From: Neophaeotheca triangularis
Lineage: Eukaryota
DNA length: 64,000 nucleotides
NCBI GenBank assembly: GCA_054600435.1
Contig: BAAIJX010000022.1
Location: 62,001-126,000 of the forward strand
Direction of reading: 5' to 3'
The translations under genes were made by a program, and so were the position numbers. How positions within the stretch are numbered: the stretch's first letter is position 1; the number at the start of each line of letters is the position of its first letter. Under the pieces are notes generated by a model that was given only the letters and a program-made list of their open reading frames with translations, had not been told where the DNA came from and did no database searches. This document shows positions 38,072 through 49,525 of the stretch, in pieces.

Positions 38072-39602
38072 ATGCTCCGCGCTCTCCCCAGTCTCCAAAC
38101 CATCAACTCCCACATCAACCCAGCAAGCCTATCTCGACCTTTCTCAGCAACCACAAGAAAAATGGACAAAGCAAGCCATCCCCTCAAAGAAAAAAACAAT
38201 CTCCATCCTCACAGAGCAAACATCTAACCACACCACTCAAACTGCCTAGGCACCCGACAACGCCGCCGACAACAAGAAAAGCATCCTTAACTGGGCCGAC
38301 CCCAAGTCCGGCGAGTTCAAACGCCAGCAATCCGTCTTCCGCGACTGGATCAGCAGCGACCCCAACGCCACCTTCCCAGCGGAGAAGGGACGGTACCATC
38401 TTTGTGAGTCCCTGTCATCCATCACATCATGGAGGATACCCAGCAAAACACCCACAAAACCCGGGGCAGATCCTGATGTTAGTACCAAAAGATGTCTCCT
38501 ACGCCTGCCCCTGGGCTCACCGCGCCCTAATCGTGCGCAAACTCAAAGGCCTCGAAGACTTCATCAGCTACACCTCAGTGCACTGGCACATGGCGGAAAA
38601 GGGGTGGCGATTCGTAACCTCCGAAGAAGAAAAGAACCACCAAGTTCCCGGCGACAACGTGACGCCGGACCCGCTGCACGAAAACTACACGCACTTGCGA
38701 CACATTTACTTTGAGAACTCGCCGGATTACGAGGGGCGGTTTACCGTGCCGACGCTGTATGACAAGGTGCAGAAGCGGATCGTGAGTAATGAGAGTTCGG
38801 AGATTATTCGCATGTTTTATCATGCTTTTGATGGCCTGTTGGGGAAGGAGTATGCCGAGTTGGAGTTGTTGCCGGAGGAGTTGAAGGGGAAGATTGAGGA
38901 GACGAATGAATGGACCTATCATGATATCAATAATGGGGTTTACAAGTCTGGGTTTGCTACGTGAGTTTCTTCACCCTGAAGCTTGGATTGGGAGGCTAAT
39001 GATGTTTTGTGCAGCACGCAAGAGGCCTACGAGCGGAATGTCCAGACTCTATTCAAGTCTCTTGACAGAGCGGAGGAGCACCTTGCCAACTCGCCGGGGC
39101 CTTACTACTACGGCGAAAAGGTTACGGAAGCGGATGTGAGATTGTTCACAGTATGCTCTTTCCACTTCATTATCGGTATCGCCCCTCGAGTGAGACGAAA
39201 CAGGCTGACTTCCCTCGTAGACCATCATCCGCTTCGATGCCGTCTACGTCCAGCACTTCAAGTGCAACCTCCGCGACATCCGCAGCGGCTATCCGGCCTT
39301 GCACAAGTACGTTTCACCCCTAATCCAGGCCCAGTGCCTCAGGCAACGCCACGACATATCAAAGTCCTTCCTGAATCCCTCACGGATGATTGCTGACTTA
39401 TTCCCCCTGTACTAGATGGGTCCGCCACTGCTACTGGAACAACCCAGCTTTCGGCGAGACGACCCAGTTCGAGCACATCAGGAAACATTACACCAAGTCG
39501 CACGCGCAAATCAACCCGCACGCCATCACGCCGTTTGGGCCGGTGCCGGATATCTTGCCTTTAGAGGAGGAGATGCCTGCTGTCAAGGCTGCCGCGAAGT
39601 AG
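38072..39602 (+). CDS. ECM4: Glutathionyl-hydroquinone reductase / Xi-class (omega-like) GST; introns 38171-38249 (GC), 38404-38491, 38961-39014, 39151-39220 and 39307-39415
   Basis: [68 protein letters not shown] and HYTKSH. Confidence 0.9.
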
Positions 39603-39669
39603 ATCCAGCATTGAAGTAAGAAGCTCGAGCGATCTCGAAAAGGGTGGTTGGCCAAAGCCAGGCGCTCTT

Positions 39670-40791
39670 TCAAGGTTCCAAGATCAAATTGTCAATCAGT
39701 CTCACAGGCACTTTATCATCCCCCAACCCCAACTTCTCCCCCTCACTCACTTTCTCCAAAGGCAACATCTTGATAGCCCCACTAAGCACCGCCCCCTTCC
39801 CCTCATCCACAACATCCACCTCTTCCAAATTCTCGGGATCCGCCAAACTCAAATAATCAACCTCAAACCTCACCCTCTCCTCTTCCCCCAACCCCTCCTG
39901 CCTCCTCAGCACAGCCTCCACAACCGCCCACGCCTCCCCCAGAACCTCCTCCCTCCCCCTCACACCCATCTTCCACCTCGCCTCCGCCGCCCTAAGCGCC
40001 CGATTCAACACAACACCCACCCCCCTCCTCCTCTCGCCCAAATAAACATTCCTCGAACTCAGCGCCAACCCATCCGCCTCCCTCTCAGTCCCACAAACCC
40101 TCACCTCCATCCCGCCGCCGCCAAAATGCAAATCCCTCACCATCTTCCTAATAACCACAGTCTGCTGCACATCCTTCTGCCCAAAGTAAACCCTATCCGG
40201 CTGCACGAGATTAAAAAGCTTCGCACAAACCGTAGCCACACCGCGAAAGAAGACCGGCCGCGAGCGGCCCTCGAGCAACGTCTGCAAAGGCTGCGTCGTC
40301 ACAAACGTCCCCTTGGCGTCGGGACCGGGAACAGACGAGGGCGGGTGCGTGGGATACATGACGGCGGTGGGGGGCGCGAAGACGGCGGCGATGCGGCCGC
40401 CGGCGTGCGGCGCGGCGGCGGCGAGCTCGTCGCGGTCGAGAGCCCGCAGAGCCGCCATGTCCGTCTCCCAGGTTTGCGGATAGCTGGCCAGGTCTTCGTT
40501 TTGCCCGAACTGCGTCGGGTTGATGTAGATGCTGACGATGACGTCGGTGTTTTCGCGGGCGGCGGCACGGATGAGGGCGAGGTGGCCGCGGTGGAGAGCG
40601 CCCATTGTGGGGACTAGGCCGATTGTGCGGTTGGCTTGGAGGAGGGAGCGGCGGAGGTCGCGGAGGGCGGGTGGGTCGCGGAGGGTTTGGAAGAGGCGGC
40701 GGGATGGTTGGAGGGGTGGGAGGGGTTTCGATGGAAGGGGGCTGCGATGGGTTGCCCTTGTTACGAGGGAGGGGAGAGGGTTTGGTGGCAT
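39670..40791 (-). CDS. PAN6: Pantoate--beta-alanine ligase (pantothenate synthetase)
   Basis: VPTMGALHRGH, YINPTQF, FFRGVATVCAKL, FGQKD, GLALSSRN and RLIDN. Confidence 0.96.
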   Translation of the reverse strand: MPPNPLPSLVTRATHRSPLPSKPLPPLQPSRRLFQTLRDPPALRDLRRSLLQANRTIGLVPTMGALHRGHLALIRAAARENTDVIVSIYINPTQFGQNEDLASYPQTWETDMAALRALDRDELAAAAPHAGGRIAAVFAPPTAVMYPTHPPSSVPGPDAKGTFVTTQPLQTLLEGRSRPVFFRGVATVCAKLFNLVQPDRVYFGQKDVQQTVVIRKMVRDLHFGGGGMEVRVCGTEREADGLALSSRNVYLGERRRGVGVVLNRALRAAEARWKMGVRGREEVLGEAWAVVEAVLRRQEGLGEEERVRFEVDYLSLADPENLEEVDVVDEGKGAVLSGAIKMLPLEKVSEGEKLGLGDDKVPVRLIDNLILEP

Positions 40792-41258
40792 GGTTGCTTT
40801 CGACGGTGGTGGAGGGTGTGTGGTTTGTCGTTGGCGTGGTTCAGGGTGGTTTGTTGGCGGGTTGGCTCGTTGAGGGTGGTATGTTGGCGGATTGGTTCGC
40901 TAGGGGTAAGGACAGTGGGGTTGTTGGAGCTAACGGTTTGGAGGTTGAGGTAGTCATGATGAGACGGCAGTGGGAAAAGGAAGAATTGATGTTGGCATTG
41001 TGGTTGGGTGTGAATGTCTCTACGCTGCAGTTTCCATACTACCATTGGATTTAATCAAAGCTAAGCTGTTTCTTTAATGAAAGGGTCTGCCAATTTAACG
41101 GTTCATTAGTATTCTAATGAAATTGAGTGTTATCGGCTTGCCTTATCAGCAGCCCCACAGTAAAGTTGCTTCTGGTCTGGAGCTGAAAGTCTCGACCAAC
41201 ATCCTTTCAGTCTTCAATTACACCACAATCAACGGGACTCCCACACAATTCCCCAACC

Positions 41259-43652
41259 ATGGCCGACGATGGCATGCTGCTCAACTTCGAGCTCCCCTCG
41301 GATGCTTTCGCGCCAAAGATCAAATACAAGGGCGGCAGCTGGAAAGACCGCCTGACAGCGCGCAAATCCGCCGAATACAACCGCAACAAAAAGGCCGGCA
41401 CAGGCGCCAACAATACCCGCCTACCCGATTTTCGAGGCGCCAACGAAGGCGATGAGGAGCTCATAGTCCCAGGAGCGCAACACGCAGCCAAACGAGCGAG
41501 GACGGACAATGCTAGTCGCGGAAAACTAACTGGTAATAGCTCTGGCCCGCGTCATGGCGGCGCCGTGCCCAAGTCGAGCAACGGCGAAGTCATCTCCTCG
41601 CTCTGGACGTACAACCCCGAGGGAAAGGCTGCTGAAGTTGAAGCCGAGCCTGAGCCAGAAGAAGAAGAGACGCCCATTCAGCCTTCCAACGCACCCTTGA
41701 ACGACGAGCTCGCGAGCTTCACAAACATGGGACTGTCCTCGCAACTGGCGGCGCATCTGCTCAAGAAGATGGAGATTAAAGCACCGACGGCCATTCAGCG
41801 GAAAGCTGTCGAGCAGCTCTGCGGCGCGGATACCGATGCTTTCATACAAGCTGAGACGGGTTCGGGAAAGACGCTGGCGTATTTGTTGCCGATTGTGCAG
41901 CGTATTAGTACTCTTTCGAAACAGATGAAGGAGGCTGGTGAGGGGTTTCATCGCGAGAGTGGGCTTTTCGCGATCATTCTTGCACCTACTCGCGAGTTGA
42001 GTAAGCAGATTAGTACGGTCTTGGAGACGCTACTTTCGTGTTGTCATTGGATTGTAGGGGGTACTGTCATTGGTGGTGAAAAGAAGCAGTCTGAGAAGGC
42101 GAGGTTGAGAAAGGGCATCAACATTCTTGTGGCAACGCCGGGAAGGCTGGTGGACCACTTGAACAATACGGAAGTCTTGGACGTGAGTAAGGTGAGGTGG
42201 TTGGTTCTGGATGAAGGGGATCGATTGATGGAGTTGGGTTTCGAACAGGATATCCAGAAGATTGTCTCGGTGATGAATTTGAGATCGAGGAAGGTGCAAG
42301 AGAAGGCTATACCGGGTCTTCCTGGGAAGAGAACGACGGTGCTGTGTTCGGCTACCATCAAGGCGGATGTGGAGCAGTTGAGGTCGATTGCGCTCAAAGA
42401 TCCCGTGTCCATTGCTGTCGACCCTGCTGACAAGACCGGCGATGAAAGCAAAGATGGCCAGCAGACTGCGTTCTCGGCGCCTTCACAGCTCAAGCAAAGC
42501 TATGCAATTGTCCCGCCAAAACAGAGACTCGTCACTCTCGTGGCCGTTCTGAAGCAAGCTTTCAAACGTAAAGGCAGCGTCAACAAATGCATCGTCTTCA
42601 TGAGCTGCGCAGACAGCGTAGACTTCCACTTCGAACTCCTGACCAGCGACACGAGCAAAAAAGCCACCACGGCCACAACAAAAGACGAAGCCGAAAAAGA
42701 ACAATCCGACCTCCGCATCCCCAAACAAGCCCGCACAAACCACATCCACCAAGGCAATACCATCTCCGAAACCCGCACCTCGGGTCCGGCCGTCCCAATC
42801 TCCACCAAAGAAACCCCTGTCCACCTCTACCGCCTCCACGGCTCCCTCCAGCAATCCACGCGCACCTCAACCCTCAAATCCTTCTCCACCTCCGCCGACC
42901 CGAGCATCCTGATCTGTACCGACGTCGCCTCCCGCGGTCTCGACCTCCCCAACGTCGACCTCGTTCTCGAATACGACCCGCCCTTCAGCTCCGACGACCA
43001 CGTCCACCGCATCGGCCGCACAGCGCGTGCGGGCAACGAAGGCCGCGCCATGATCTTCCTCCAACCGGGCAGCGAAGAAGGCTACATCCAAATCCTCAAA
43101 GATAACACCAACACCCTCGCACGCCTTACAAAACACACGTCAGACGAGCTACTACGCAAAGCCTTCGCGCCGACTTCGGGCGTCGTGGCGGGCGGCAAGG
43201 ACTGGGAAACCCTAGCGACGGACTTCCAACTCGACGTCGAGCGCTGGGTTCTCGCGCACCCGAAGCATTTGGAACAGGCTCGTCGCGCCTTCCAAAGCCA
43301 TATCCGGGCTTATGCGACTCACGTGGCGGCTGAGAGGAAGTTTTTCGATCTGAGGAGTCTGCACTTGGGGCATTTGGCTAAAGCTTTCGCGTTGAGGGAT
43401 AAACCCGGTGAAGTGAGAGTTCCGGGCGCGAGGCCCGAGGTTGGTGGTGGTGGGGGGAAGGGGGCGAAGAAGGGGGCGGGCAAGATGCGGAAGGATGGGG
43501 TAACTACTGCAAGTGGTTCTGCGGCTGGGGCTAAGAGGTCCAAGGCACAGGATTTCGAGGTCGAGGATGCGGTTGATGAGCGGGAGGCTAGGAACCGGAT
43601 GATGCAGAAGATGAAGGCTATGGGTGGGGCGGCGGAGTTTAATCTTGGGTGA
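41259..43652 (+). CDS. DBP7: ATP-dependent RNA helicase Dbp7
   Basis: MADDGMLLNF start; AETGSGKT, DEGD, SAT and HRIGRTAR motifs; C-terminal LHLGHLAKAF and EFNLG. Confidence 0.95.
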   Translation: MADDGMLLNFELPSDAFAPKIKYKGGSWKDRLTARKSAEYNRNKKAGTGANNTRLPDFRGANEGDEELIVPGAQHAAKRARTDNASRGKLTGNSSGPRHGGAVPKSSNGEVISSLWTYNPEGKAAEVEAEPEPEEEETPIQPSNAPLNDELASFTNMGLSSQLAAHLLKKMEIKAPTAIQRKAVEQLCGADTDAFIQAETGSGKTLAYLLPIVQRISTLSKQMKEAGEGFHRESGLFAIILAPTRELSKQISTVLETLLSCCHWIVGGTVIGGEKKQSEKARLRKGINILVATPGRLVDHLNNTEVLDVSKVRWLVLDEGDRLMELGFEQDIQKIVSVMNLRSRKVQEKAIPGLPGKRTTVLCSATIKADVEQLRSIALKDPVSIAVDPADKTGDESKDGQQTAFSAPSQLKQSYAIVPPKQRLVTLVAVLKQAFKRKGSVNKCIVFMSCADSVDFHFELLTSDTSKKATTATTKDEAEKEQSDLRIPKQARTNHIHQGNTISETRTSGPAVPISTKETPVHLYRLHGSLQQSTRTSTLKSFSTSADPSILICTDVASRGLDLPNVDLVLEYDPPFSSDDHVHRIGRTARAGNEGRAMIFLQPGSEEGYIQILKDNTNTLARLTKHTSDELLRKAFAPTSGVVAGGKDWETLATDFQLDVERWVLAHPKHLEQARRAFQSHIRAYATHVAAERKFFDLRSLHLGHLAKAFALRDKPGEVRVPGARPEVGGGGGKGAKKGAGKMRKDGVTTASGSAAGAKRSKAQDFEVEDAVDEREARNRMMQKMKAMGGAAEFNLG

Positions 43653-43979
43653 GGGCGGGGTGTATTTAGTAAGAGGCAGCGGTGCTTTTCACCGTGTGCG
43701 ATGCTGTACCCTCGCTTTTTTTGGTAAGCGCAACCTGCATCGCTCAACCATAGTCGCCGCGACTTCTCGCTTCCTTTCTTATGCCTCTCCAGTACTTCTA
43801 TCAAAGTGAGAGGGACCAGTGAGCCGGACTTGAGTTGAACGCAGTGTAGCAGCGGCCGTTCGCCATCACCGGCACCGAAGTTGCCACACTCCCCTCGCTT
43901 CCATCAGCGTAACCCGCCCCGCTCAACCACAAATCACCGCGACGTCTCGTTCTCCCCCCCTCCTCCATCCTTCCCACTC

Positions 43980-45783
43980 TCAATAAACCTCCCAAAGCGA
44001 AACCTTCCCATCCTTCCCCCCAGCAGCCAACCACCTCGCGCCCCTCGTCTTCCTAACCCTCAGCTCCGCAACCGTAAACTCCGTATTCTCACCGACCGAG
44101 TCCCGAACCCGTCCACCAACTTGCCCGCTCCCAGCAACCCCCTCGCCCGCGCTGGCCTCCGCGTCCACGACCTCGGCAAAAGCGACCGCGTACACCCCCG
44201 TCCCGTGCCAGCGCAGACACGCCAGTTCCCTCATCTCCCTGCCCGCGGCCGCGGTCTTGTAGACGCGGACTCTGCCGTCCCAGCCGGCGGTCGCGAAGAT
44301 CTTGGCATCCGAGCGGGTGGTGAGGGATTGTTGGCCGGCGTGTTTGGTTTTGAGAATTGCCGAGGGGTCGGTGGGAGGGGTTGGGGTTGTGGTTGTGGTT
44401 GTGGTGTTGGTGTTGGGGTTGGGGTCGTGTGGGGTTTGTGGGTGGAGAGGGTGTCGGGCGATGATTGCGTCTGCCGAGGAGGAGAACCAGACGTTTTTGC
44501 TCGGGGCTAGGGAGAGGGAGAGCACGGGCTGGGAATGCGGTTGGGCGAGGTAGAGGAGTTGCCATAGTTCTTTGGGGTTGCTGGTACGGCTTGTGGTGGT
44601 GGGCTTGGCTGCGAACACGGCGACGTGCCCGGATTCGTAGCCCGCGACTACTGTGGGGAGAGTTTGGGGTGTCAAGGTTGTTGGCGAGGGATTGCTGTTG
44701 GATGAGGATGGGTAGTGCAGGGCTACTGCCATGAGCATGCCAGTTTTGGGTTTCGCTGAAGCTGGGGGGAGGATTGTGCTCAGGCGTTTTTCGTCTGGGA
44801 GGGTGGTGAGGGCGATTTGGCCGTCTTCTAGGCCAGGGGTGGCTATAATTAAGAGGGAATCAGGTCTAGGGGTGTTGTTTGATGCGGTGGTTTTTGAGTC
44901 GTCCATATCCGTGTTGGGAGCGAACGGAAGTGGTGGTGGCGAGATCATGGCGAAACTGCAAAAGTTTAACGCATTGACGGTCAAACTGTGTAGCAGCCAG
45001 GGTGTTTTTGGTTCTGTAGTATCGTCTTCGGTTGGGAGAGTGGTGGAGAAACCCTGGTTATCCAAATCTGTATTCGAGGCCGTAGTCGATGTCGTTACTG
45101 AAGCGGGTAGTTCCCACACTTTAAGCGTGTTGTCTCTGCCATGACTGGAGGAAAGGAATGTCAGCGATCGTCCTGCCTCGACTGTCCTTTTCAACGTTCA
45201 ATCGCCTCTTCCACCCAGACTAGTCCCTGAAAGCCCATCCTCTCACCAAAGGCCACTGCGTTGTTGCAAGCCGATCAGCACAGCATCCACCGATTCCAGC
45301 AACCCCTTCCTAAAGTTTTCGCTGCTCTCAAACCACAGTCACCCCTCCACCCCCTCCTAAGACTATAGAACACACAACACCCCAACCAAGAGAAAAAGTA
45401 AAAAAGGAAAAAGCCCAGAAAAGAAAACACAAAACTCACGTCACGACCCTCAGCCCCCACCCATCACCAATCCCCCTCCCACTCCCCTCATCCGCATCCT
45501 CACGCTCACCACTCCCACTCCCCTCATCCCTCCGAGCCCAAACCCCAACCCCCAAGACCCCACCCCTATGCGGTCTCCAAACCAGCACCGCCCGCCTAGT
45601 AACCAAATCCCAGACGACCACCCAACCATCGGCATCACCGGAGAAGAGCAAGACTCGCGAAGAGGAAGGAGGCGAAGACGGGAGAGAGGGCGGGGAGTAA
45701 AAGTGCAGAGAGTGGAGTTGCGCTGTATGGCCGCGGAGGGTGTAGGTTGGTTGGGCCGGGGGTAAAGGGGTGGGCGTCGTCAT
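43980..45783 (-). CDS. ASA1: ASTRA-associated WD40 protein Asa1; intron about 45147-45439
   Basis: PAQPTYTLRGH, SGDADGWVVVW, spliced THGRDN, NALNFC, AGYESG, ATAGWDGRVRVY and WLAAGGKDGKVSLWEVY. Confidence 0.88.
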
Positions 45784-46385
45784 TGTGTCTGAGATTGCGG
45801 GTTGTGGGTGGTTGGTTTGGAGACTGGTGGTCCGGTGGGTCGTGGTTGGTGGTTTGGATTACGCGGTCCCGTGGTCGGTTGCACGTGGTTTGTTTCTGCG
45901 ATCGCGAAGATTGCAGATGGTAGGTAGTACCGACTGTAGTTTCGAGTCTGGATTTGGGTTTGCAGTCGTGGTCGGCGGTCTGAGTCAATAGTCTACGCCG
46001 CCAACTTATACCGGATCGCCAGTCGAGTTCGCCAGCCAAAGTCACCAGTCTAGCTCGCAGCGGAGATGAACAGGCCAGTCTCAAGTCGGCACTCCAGCTC
46101 GCCAATCCTCGTCACAGTCCCCGTCGTCAACCCCTAACCAACAAGTCTCAGTGCAGCCCACTCGGCCCCCTCAAAACTGCCAACTCACAAACTCCTTCCC
46201 CGAATCTCGCAAACCCCGCCAAACGTCCCGGTCAAGTCGCCAACCAGTCGCCAAACCAAACCGGAGAACAGGCTTTAGTGTCGTGGAAGAATGTATATAT
46301 GCAAAGCGGTGCGATGCCCTCTATAGACTTCCCCCCCGGGGTGCGGACCCGAGTTCTCACAGCTAGAGAGGGTTTTCCGACAACC

Positions 46386-46407
46386 AAAAAAAAAAAAAAA
46401 AAAAAAA
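46386..46407. repeat. Poly(A) tract of about 22 nt
   Basis: Directly visible. Confidence 0.9.
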
Positions 46408-47023
46408 GCCCCAACAATCTTTAAACCCAAAGAAGACCGCAGCTGAAAGAATGGAATCGAATCAAGTTCGTTACCCCACGTGAAAATCTGGAGACAGAAC
46501 GTAGTACAACGGCATCTCGATATTCCAGAGATACCAAGAATTCCTCAAAGCCGAAGGAGAAGAGGTGAAGTAAGTCGAAAGTAAAAAAAAGTCTTGGCAA
46601 AACCTGCCCCTGTCGATATACATATCTAACTATTCACATCACGGTGATGGGGGATTACTAAGACGTCGAGAGGGAGGAGGAGAAGGGGGAAAAAAGGCAG
46701 CCTGTCGATCAATTCAAGCGCTGGTTCTGAGTAGTAGTTTTGGCAGCTTCCTTGACGCGCAAAAAAAAAAAGAACCCCCCGTCTCGTGCTATAGATGGAC
46801 CTAGCAAAGCAGCCAACCCGGCTGACCCCGACCGATCTAACCCCATGCACCGACCCAAAACCCCTTAAACATTGACAAAATAACCTTGTCTCCCTGCACC
46901 GCTAGAGACATCCTGTTGTTTCCCTCGCTAAGTCCTCAAACACCCTACAATCCCACAGCCACTACAACCCCAGAGTCAACCCCCCCCAAATCCCCCCCGA
47001 AAAGAAAATCCCCAATGCCTACC

Positions 47024-49525
47024 CTACAACCTCGCCTTCACCCCCCCATCCCCACCCCCACCTCCACCTCCACCACCCCCGGCAACCCCCAAAACCTCCC
47101 CCCACATGCCCCTCCCAACGACCTCACACAAGCCCAAAACCCTCCCGACAACCGTAGCCCCATCCCTCCTGCCCTTGCCCTCGCGCCTGGCCTCGCCAAG
47201 CCTCTGAGCCAAAACCCACAACCTACCCTCGGGGACCAACAAGCCGGAAACGGAATCACGCGGGGGAAGAAACTCAGGGGCCAGGACATAACCGGGCTTG
47301 GGGGGCAGCGAGGCAGAAGCAGAAGCAGCGGCAGGGGCGTTTTTGGGAACCGGGGCCGAGGATGAAGAAGACGGAGACGGGGCACGGAGAAGGATGACGC
47401 CGTCGTCGAGGAACTGCTGCAGAGCGTTTTTCAAAGACTCCTTGTTCACGGCCTCGAAGTACGAGAGGTCGCCTTGGTGGTAGAGGGTTTTGCCTAGCAG
47501 CTGCGCCGTGTTTTGCAACAGCGTTGTCGGGATGGGAGTCGAGGTTTCCACTCCTGGGGGTGGCGTGAGCATGAAGAGCGAGATGGCGCCGAGCCAGGTT
47601 GCTTCGATAAAGGGCCAGATTTGGAAACAGTGGAAGTCGAAGGTTTCGCGGCCCGAGGCCGTTTCGAGCGGGTGGAGGCTGATGTAGTGGGCTTCGCTTT
47701 CGGGGGAAGAGGAGAGGATTTGGTCGCTTTCGAGACCGGAGAGGGTTTGGGAGAGGTTTTCTTCCAACGGCGTGGTGGGGAAGATGAATTCGCTGCGGAA
47801 GAGTTGGGAGAGGAAGAAGACGTAGTCGCGGAGTTCGGCGTAGGTGATGCGTTGGGTCTGGCTGCCGCCGCCGACTTTGACTTTGGTGTAGAGGGCTGCG
47901 CAGACGAGGGCTTGCGAGACGAAGAGGTGGATGGTCATGTTGCGGTAAAAGGAGAGTTGGAAGCGGTCGACGGCGTAAAAGGTGTCCTCGGGGAGGTTGT
48001 GGACTTTGCCGACGAGTTTGGGCCCGAGGACGGCGAGAGCGCGGTCGACGACGACTTCGGTCGGCGTGTTGGTCAAATGGGCTACCCGGCCGTTTTGCGC
48101 GCGTACTTTGGCTGAGAGCCAGTCGACTTTGCGGACCAGTTCCGATTTTCCTACACCCCGGCCTCGGAGGGTTAGGAGGACGGTGCCGACGAGGGCTGTG
48201 GGCATGACTACGCTGGCATCGTTGATGTCCGAGAGGACTTTGTAGCCTAGAGTGGTGAGGAGGCGGCGTTTGAGCGCTACTTCGCGGGTGGCGCCTTGTA
48301 GAGATCGCTGCTGTAGTCGGCCTTGGTGTTCGTCGATGAAACCACGCAAACTCCAGGGTTTGTGGAAACGAACATCGACGCGGCCGAGTTTGAGTGATAG
48401 CACGTTCGAGGCGGAGAGAAAACTAGACAAGTTCTCCTTCGGTTTCGGTTGGCCCAGTAATTCGCTAATGTACGAATCGACCTCGATGACCTTGTCGTAC
48501 TGCGTGCTCACCGGCACGACAATGGCATCCTCGACGGTGCCAGAAAGCACACTCTCCAGCAAGAAGCTCAGAATGCCAAATTTCGGCTGCAACAACTTGC
48601 CCGTCCTCGACCGCCCACCCTCGATAAAACACTCGATCGAATGCCCACTCTGCAGCAAAGTATCCATATAAGCCTGCACCAGAGTCTGATACAGCGCATC
48701 ATCCCCGAAAGACCTCCTCAACCACATAGCCCCGGCGTGCTGCAAAAACGCCCCCAGGACGGGGATATTCAAATTATCCCCAGCCACGACCGTCGGCAGC
48801 GCCAAACCCAGCCGATAACAAATCACCTGCAGACTGACATAATCGACATGACTGCGATGGCAAGGCAAGAAGATCAAACTCTGCCTCTTCTTCGCCGCCG
48901 TCTCGGCCACCCCCCTCAACTGCAAAACCTCCTCACTATTAACGTGAATCCCCTGATGATACGCGCGCGTCAACAGCTGCGTAGCGAAATAATAAGCCCC
49001 GCGGATGAAAACCCGGCTATCCATTTTACAAATCATGCCGTCGGTCCAGCGCTCAGCGACCTCGGTAAGCTGCCTCTCCAACTCGCCTCGCCGGCTCTTG
49101 CGCTTCTCAACCCACTGCGCTTCCTCGCCCTCGAGGCCCAGCGGTCCCAGCATCCCCTCCTCCATCTCCCTTTCCACCTTCCTAGCAGCCAAGTCGGCGA
49201 TTTTCCCCCGCAATCGTTCCTGCGCCATTACTTTCCGCGTCATCTGCTCGCTGAAACCCGGGTAAAAGATCTCCTGGCCGATGAAGTTGTCATAACTGCG
49301 CCAGCCTGTGCCTAAAGCGTGCGAGCCCAGTTCTTGTAACGCGTTGATGGGGGTTTTGCGGAAGCGCGCGTAGGGTTCGAGGAGCTCTTGCTCGGTGCCG
49401 GCGGTTGGGGGAAGAGCGGGGGAGGAGGGCGAGGTGTCGATGCTTGAGGGGTGGAGGTGTAGGTTGTCGCCGAGGATGGCTAGGTCTGGGGCGGAAGCGC
49501 GCTGGGGGGGTTTGGTGTCGGCCAT
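47024..49525 (-). CDS. Glycerol-3-phosphate / dihydroxyacetone-phosphate acyltransferase (PlsB/GNPAT-like)
   Basis: HRSHVD (HxxxxD), AGDNL, FIEGGRSRTGK and VPVSTQYD motifs; C-terminus KARL. Confidence 0.9.
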   Translation of the reverse strand: MADTKPPQRASAPDLAILGDNLHLHPSSIDTSPSSPALPPTAGTEQELLEPYARFRKTPINALQELGSHALGTGWRSYDNFIGQEIFYPGFSEQMTRKVMAQERLRGKIADLAARKVEREMEEGMLGPLGLEGEEAQWVEKRKSRRGELERQLTEVAERWTDGMICKMDSRVFIRGAYYFATQLLTRAYHQGIHVNSEEVLQLRGVAETAAKKRQSLIFLPCHRSHVDYVSLQVICYRLGLALPTVVAGDNLNIPVLGAFLQHAGAMWLRRSFGDDALYQTLVQAYMDTLLQSGHSIECFIEGGRSRTGKLLQPKFGILSFLLESVLSGTVEDAIVVPVSTQYDKVIEVDSYISELLGQPKPKENLSSFLSASNVLSLKLGRVDVRFHKPWSLRGFIDEHQGRLQQRSLQGATREVALKRRLLTTLGYKVLSDINDASVVMPTALVGTVLLTLRGRGVGKSELVRKVDWLSAKVRAQNGRVAHLTNTPTEVVVDRALAVLGPKLVGKVHNLPEDTFYAVDRFQLSFYRNMTIHLFVSQALVCAALYTKVKVGGGSQTQRITYAELRDYVFFLSQLFRSEFIFPTTPLEENLSQTLSGLESDQILSSSPESEAHYISLHPLETASGRETFDFHCFQIWPFIEATWLGAISLFMLTPPPGVETSTPIPTTLLQNTAQLLGKTLYHQGDLSYFEAVNKESLKNALQQFLDDGVILLRAPSPSSSSSAPVPKNAPAAASASASLPPKPGYVLAPEFLPPRDSVSGLLVPEGRLWVLAQRLGEARREGKGRRDGATVVGRVLGLCEVVGRGMWGEVLGVAGGGGGGGGGGDGGVKARL

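Noticed and set aside
46128..46140. CCCTAACC as a telomerase RNA template (also the reverse complement at about 55276-55284)
   Set aside because: Only 8 nt match. I could not identify a pseudoknot or CR4/5, and the interval is short for a Pezizomycotina telomerase RNA.
46639..46733. Box C/D snoRNA (TCACGGTGATGG...CTGA, ends reminiscent of U14)
   Set aside because: Box C is imperfect, there is no U14 domain A or B, and I recognised no rRNA antisense element.
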